This document shows, piece after piece, positions 57,793 through 64,000 of a stretch of 64,000 nucleotides of DNA; the first letter of the stretch is position 1; every line of letters starts with the position of its first letter. Below the pieces are notes generated by a model that saw only the letters and a list, made by a program, of their open reading frames with translations, was not told where the DNA came from and made no database searches. This DNA comes from Escherichia coli (GTDB lineage: Bacteria; Pseudomonadota; Gammaproteobacteria; Enterobacterales; Enterobacteriaceae), in NCBI RefSeq assembly GCF_009931435.1, contig NZ_CP043414.1. The stretch is one strand, 5' to 3'. The position numbers and the translations under genes are program-made.

Positions 57793-58764
57793 TTAAGGCA
57801 GAATTGACGGCTGATCCGCCCCTTCTTTTTCCACTTTCTGCTGCAGCATGTGTTCGCGCTTCATACCCAGTTTCAGAGCCAGCGCCGATGCTACGTAGAT
57901 GGAAGATGCAGTACCGATGGAAACACCGATAAGCATGGTCAGCGAGAAGCCTTCCAGTACCGGACCACCGAAGAGGTACAGCATCAGGATAACCATCAAG
58001 GTAGTACCGGATGTGATCAAGGTACGGTGCAGCGTCTGGGTCAAGGACACGTTAAAGATTTCGTAAGGCGTACCGCGACGGATCTTGCGGAAGTTTTCAC
58101 GAATACGGTCCGATACCACGATACTGTCGTTAAGCGAGTAACCGATAACCGACATCAACGATGCCACAATGGTCAGGTCAATCTCGATATGGAATAACGA
58201 CAAAATACCCAGCGTAATGATAACGTCGTGCGCCAGCGCAATAACAACCCCTGCCGCCAGTCGCCACTCAAAGCGGAAACCAACGTACACGAGGATAGAC
58301 AGCAGCGCTGCCATCAGCGCCATCGCACCGGTTTGCGCAAGGTCTGCCCCCACGCTCGGACCGACGAACTCAATACGCTTCACTGCCGCATTCTGATTGG
58401 TGGATTCGTTAATCACCTTCAGAACCTGGCTGCCCAGCACCTGACCGCCGGTTTCGCCTTCAGCAGGCGGCATACGGACCATGATGTCGTGGCTGCTACC
58501 AAAGTTTTGCAGCATCGGCTCTTCAAAGCCCGCTTTCTGCAATGCATCACGCATCACATCGATTTCAGCCGGTTTTTCGAGCGTAATTTCGATAACCGTA
58601 CCACCGGTGAAATCCAGCCCCCAGTTAAAGCCGCGCACGCCCATAATAACGATAGCGGCGATTAACAGCAGACCAGAGATGCCGAAAGCCCAGTAGTCCC
58701 AGCGCATAAAGTCATAGACTTTACGGCCGTGGTTTAGTTGTTCAACAGTATATTCCTGTGCCAC
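57793..58764 (-). CDS. secF: Protein translocase subunit SecF (323 aa, GTG start)
   Basis: ORF 57793..58809; start taken at the in-frame GTG at 58764 ([32 protein letters not shown]...). Confidence 0.93.
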
Positions 58765-58774
58765 ATCGCACTCC

Positions 58775-60622
58775 TCAGATTGACAGCTTCTTGACGCGCT
58801 TGCCGCCATATAGCAGGTTTACGATGGCACGCGTACCGACAATCGCGGTAAACATCGACGTCGCCACACCGATACCGGTAGTAATCGCGAACCCTTTAAT
58901 TGCCCCGGTACCCACTGCGTACAGGATGATGACTTTAATCAGCGTGGTGATGTTCGCATCGAAGATGGAACTGAACGCGCCACGATAACCTTCATCAATT
59001 GCCTGCTGAACAGTACGCCCGTTGCTTAACTCTTCTTTAATACGTTCGTTGATCAGTACGTTCGCATCGACCGCCACCGCAAGGGTTAAGACGATACCCG
59101 CGATACCCGGCATACTCAGCGTTGCGCCTGGCAACAGCGACATAATGCCGACGATCAAGATCAAGTTGGCAATCAGAGCACTGGTCGCAATCAGACCAAA
59201 CTTCTTATAGAAGATGATCATAAACAGAATAGAAACCAGCAGACCGGCAAGGCAAGCCTCCAGCCCCTGTTCAATGTTCTGCATACCCAGAGTCGGGCCA
59301 ATGGTACGTTCTTCAACAATCTGAATTGGCGCGATCAACGCACCGGCACGCAGCAAAAGTGAAAGCTGACGGGCTTCGTTCGGGTTGTTAATACCGGTGA
59401 TACGGAAGCTGTTACCCAGACGAGACTGGATGTTAGCGATGTTAATCACCTCTTCCTGTTTCACCAGAACCGCACGACCGTTAGCATCTTTCTTGCCGCT
59501 GTCTTTGTACTCCACAAACAGGGTCGCCATCGGTTTGCCGATGTTGTCCTTGGTGAAGTTAGACATGATGTTGCCACCAGCGCTATCGAGCGAGATGTTA
59601 ACCTGCGGCTGGTTGTATTCGTCCTGGCTGGAAGTGGAGTCGGTGATATGGTCACCGGTCAGAATTACGCGTTTGTACAGCACAACAGGCTGACCTTCGC
59701 GGGTCTGTTTCACTTCAGAGTCGCCCGGTACGCGTCCAGACGCAGCAGCGGCCTGGTCAACGTTGGTGTTTACCAGACGGAATTCCAACGTTGCCGTTGC
59801 ACCCAGAATCTCTTTCGCTCGTGCGGTGTCCTGGATACCAGGCAGCTCAACAACGATACGGTCAGCACCCTGACGCTGAACCACCGGCTCCGCCACGCCA
59901 AGCTGGTTTACACGGTTACGCAGGATGTTGATGTTCTGTTGCACCGCATATTCACGCGCTTCACTCAGGCGAGCATCGCTCATTACCGCACGCAGCTGGT
60001 TGCTGCCCTGGCTACTAATCACCAGGTCCGGATGACGCTTGCTCAGATACGCAATGGCTTCATCACGAGCTTTAGCATCGCGGAAAGTGATGCTCAGGCC
60101 GTAGTTGTTTTCTTTACGAACGATGGTATACGGGATGCCCTTTTCGCGCAGGTCGCTGCGCAGGCTATCGATGTTTTGTTCCTGGAGTTTGCCAAGCGCG
60201 GTGTCCATATCCACTTCCATCAGGAAGTGAACGCCGCCACGCAGGTCAAGGCCGAGCTTCATCGGCTCAGCGTGAATAGCTGCCAGCCAGCGCGGCGTTG
60301 CCGGGGCAAGGTTAAGCGCCACGACGTATTTGTCACCCATAACGCCCATTAATGCTTCACGAGCGCGCAGTTGGGTGTCAGTGGAGTCGAAGCGCGCAAG
60401 AATAGCGCCCTCTTCCAGTGCCACAGACTTAGCAGTTATTTTTTCTTCTTGTAACGTTTTCTGGACCTGGATCAGCGTTTGCTCACTGGCGGCGACTCCG
60501 CGCGCGCCAGTGATCTGAACAGCCGGATCCTCACCAAACAGGTTGGGAAGTGCATACAGCAGACCGATGACAATCACCACGATCAGCATGACATACTTCC
60601 ACAAAGGATAACGGTTTAACAC
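58775..60622 (-). CDS. secD: Protein translocase subunit SecD (615 aa)
   Basis: [45 protein letters not shown]... Confidence 0.98.
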   Translation of the reverse strand: MLNRYPLWKYVMLIVVIVIGLLYALPNLFGEDPAVQITGARGVAASEQTLIQVQKTLQEEKITAKSVALEEGAILARFDSTDTQLRAREALMGVMGDKYVVALNLAPATPRWLAAIHAEPMKLGLDLRGGVHFLMEVDMDTALGKLQEQNIDSLRSDLREKGIPYTIVRKENNYGLSITFRDAKARDEAIAYLSKRHPDLVISSQGSNQLRAVMSDARLSEAREYAVQQNINILRNRVNQLGVAEPVVQRQGADRIVVELPGIQDTARAKEILGATATLEFRLVNTNVDQAAAASGRVPGDSEVKQTREGQPVVLYKRVILTGDHITDSTSSQDEYNQPQVNISLDSAGGNIMSNFTKDNIGKPMATLFVEYKDSGKKDANGRAVLVKQEEVINIANIQSRLGNSFRITGINNPNEARQLSLLLRAGALIAPIQIVEERTIGPTLGMQNIEQGLEACLAGLLVSILFMIIFYKKFGLIATSALIANLILIVGIMSLLPGATLSMPGIAGIVLTLAVAVDANVLINERIKEELSNGRTVQQAIDEGYRGAFSSIFDANITTLIKVIILYAVGTGAIKGFAITTGIGVATSMFTAIVGTRAIVNLLYGGKRVKKLSI

Positions 60623-60649
60623 GGCAATTCCCTTAGGGAAAAATTTTAA

Positions 60650-60982
60650 TTACAGCGCCTTCATGGTGCCTTTCGGCAGAACGGCAGCTACGAAGTCACG
60701 TTTAATAACTACTTCAGTGGTGTCATTCAGCGCGATAGCAATGTAGCCGTTTTCCGCTACTTTGGTTACGCGACCGACCAGGCCACCGTTCGTCAGAACT
60801 TCATCACCTTTGGCAATGGAGTCCATCAGCTTTTTGTGTTCTTTGGTGCGCTTCTGCTGTGGACGCAGGATCATGAAATAGAAAATCAGACCGAATACCA
60901 CCAGCATCAAAATCAAAGACATCGGGCTACCTTGCGCCGGTGCACCCGTTGCCGCTACCGCATCAGAAATAAAAAAGCTCAT
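60650..60982 (-). CDS. yajC: Sec translocon accessory subunit YajC (110 aa)
   Basis: ORF 60650..61012 trimmed to ATG at 60982 (MSFFISDAVAATGAPAQGSPMSLILMLVVFGLIFYFMILRPQQKR...). Confidence 0.95.
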   Translation of the reverse strand: MSFFISDAVAATGAPAQGSPMSLILMLVVFGLIFYFMILRPQQKRTKEHKKLMDSIAKGDEVLTNGGLVGRVTKVAENGYIAIALNDTTEVVIKRDFVAAVLPKGTMKAL

Positions 60983-61004
60983 TAAATTTCCCTCATTATT
61001 AATA

Positions 61005-62147
<1,143 letters not shown>

Positions 62148-62186
62148 TCAGAAAAACAGTCCAACGTTTAAACCAGCGCCGCGGAA

Positions 62187-63257
62187 TTACTCCCCGACGC
62201 GCTCATTAATTGCCTGCGGATTGTACGTGATAAACATCGCATCACCGTAACTAAAAAAGCGATATTTCTCTTCTACCGCCGCTTTATAGGCGTTCATAGT
62301 GTGTTGATAGCCGGCAAAGGCCGAAACCAGCATAATCAGCGTCGATTCAGGAAGGTGGAAGTTCGTCACCAGCGCATCGACCACTTTGTACTGGAAGCCC
62401 GGATAGATAAAGATTTGGGTATCGTCAAAGAACGGTTCAATGAGATCGTTTTTCGCCGCCTGGGCCGCGCTTTCCAGCGAACGTACCGAGGTGGTGCCAA
62501 CCGCAATCACCCGATTGCCGCGCGCTTTTGCTGCCAGTACCGCGTCTACCACATCCTGCGGCACTTCAGCGTATTCTGAGTGCATGATGTGATCTTCAAT
62601 GGTGTCGACGCGCACCGGCTGGAAAGTACCCGCACCAACGTGCAGAGTTACGAACGCCATCTCCACGCCTTTGGCGCGCAATTTTTCCAGCAAAGGTTCG
62701 TCAAAATGCAGCCCGGCAGTCGGGGCCGCTACCGCGCCCGGTTTTTCACTATAAACTGTTTGATAAAGTTCGCGGTCTGCATCTTCGTCCGGACGGTCGA
62801 TGTACGGCGGCAGCGGCATGTGGCCGATGCTGTTGAGGATATCCAATACTGAACGCTCATCATTAAATTCGACTTCAAACAGTGCGCCGTGGCGAGCGGT
62901 CATTGTTGCGTTGATACTTTCGTCATCGCCCAGCAGCAGCTCTGCGCCCGGTTTTGGCGCTTTCGAGGCGCGAATATGCGCAAGAATGCGTTTGTCGTCG
63001 AGCATACGCTCAACCAGCACTTCAATCTTGCCGCCGCTGGCTTTACGCCCAAACAGGCGCGCCGGGATCACGCGGGTATTATTAAAAACCAGAAGATCGC
63101 CGGGGTTGAGCTTATCGAGTAAATCGGTGAAAGTACCGTGCGTCAGCGCGCCCGTCGGCCCGTCCAGCGACAGTAAACGACAGCTACTGCGTTCAGGCAT
63201 TGGATAGTGGGCAATCAGGGATTCGGGTAATTCAAAGGAGAAATCGGTAACGCGCAT
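62187..63257 (-). CDS. queA: S-adenosylmethionine:tRNA ribosyltransferase-isomerase QueA (356 aa)
   Basis: [50 protein letters not shown]... Confidence 0.98.
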
Positions 63258-63349
63258 GACACTGACTCAGACTAAAATAAGAGGCGGGTAGTCTAGTGCC
63301 GGGGCGCTCTCCCTGCAACCTTTACCCCCCTTTGGATAGAATATAATCG

Positions 63350-63931
63350 ATGAATTTTTTAGCTCACCTGCATCTAGCCCATCTCGCGGAAAGTTCGCTT
63401 TCCGGTAATTTACTGGCTGATTTCGTACGCGGAAATCCTGAAGAAAATTTTCCGCCCGACGTCGTGGCTGGCATTCATATGCATCGCCGTATCGACGTAC
63501 TGACCGATAATCTGCCGGAAGTCCGCGAAGCAAGGGAGTGGTTTCGTCGTGAAACCCGCCGCGTTGCGCCTATTACGCTGGATGTCATGTGGGATCACTT
63601 TCTTTCACGCCACTGGTCGCAGCTATCACCGGACTTTCCGCTACAGGAATTTACCTGTTATGCCCGTGAGCAAGTGATGACTATTCTTCCAGACTCACCG
63701 CCACGCTTTATCAATCTGAACAACTACTTATGGTCTGAGCAATGGCTGGTTCGCTATCGCGATATGGATTTCATCCAGAACGTGTTAAACGGCATGGCAA
63801 GCCGTCGCCCACGTCTGGATGCCCTGCGTGACTCCTGGTACGATTTAGACACCCATTACGACGCCCTGGAAACCCGCTTCTGGCAGTTTTATCCGCGGAT
63901 GATGGCGCAGGCGTCACGCAAGGCGTTATAA
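63350..63931 (+). CDS. acpH: Acyl carrier protein phosphodiesterase AcpH (YajB), 193 aa
   Basis: [56 protein letters not shown]... Confidence 0.95.
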   Translation: MNFLAHLHLAHLAESSLSGNLLADFVRGNPEENFPPDVVAGIHMHRRIDVLTDNLPEVREAREWFRRETRRVAPITLDVMWDHFLSRHWSQLSPDFPLQEFTCYAREQVMTILPDSPPRFINLNNYLWSEQWLVRYRDMDFIQNVLNGMASRRPRLDALRDSWYDLDTHYDALETRFWQFYPRMMAQASRKAL

Positions 63932-63935
63932 GAGG

Positions 63936-64000
63936 TTAATTCATCCACACCGTAGCCGAAATGGCAGACAAAGCCAGAATCCCGTCCGTCAGTTGCCCAT
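63936..64000 (-). CDS. malZ: 3' end of a convergent gene running off the window end; by K-12 synteny probably malZ (maltodextrin glucosidase)
   Basis: Minus-strand frame reads ...GQLTDGILALSAISATVWMN then stop at 63936..63938; only 21 codons visible, so identity rests on gene order alone. Confidence 0.45.
   Translation of the reverse strand, partial: GQLTDGILALSAISATVWMN

Overview
This window reads as a conserved enterobacterial (Escherichia coli / Shigella-type) core-chromosome segment, syntenic with the K-12 acrR-acrAB ... cyoABCDE ... secDF-tgt-queA-acpH region but in reverse orientation. Identification rests on reading the translated ORFs against protein families and K-12 gene order from memory; no database search was run. 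About 75 protein genes are called, most with lengths matching their K-12 counterparts once the ORF-track N-terminal extensions are trimmed to the likely start codon. One RNA gene missing from the ORF track is present: ffs (4.5S/SRP RNA) at 9374..9487 on the minus strand. Non-coding elements include REP/BIME repeats, an ERIC/IRU element, several rho-independent terminators, the AcrR operator palindrome, a sigma54 promoter for glnK-amtB and a sigma32 promoter for lon. The main anomaly is between cyoE and yajR: about 2.4 kb separate them here, whereas they are near-adjacent in K-12 as I recall it. This apparent insertion (about 39.18-41.56 kb) carries an overlapping two-gene operon that looks like a DUF1778 antitoxin plus GNAT acetyltransferase toxin, and a convergent gene for a signal-peptide-bearing Sel1-repeat protein whose C-terminal half I cannot assign. 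It has no integrase, transposase or recognisable flanking repeats and ends in a strongly AT-rich non-coding stretch. A second item worth a look is a perfect 18-bp inverted repeat in the divergent yajQ/panE promoter region. No CRISPR array, IS element, tRNA or rRNA was seen.
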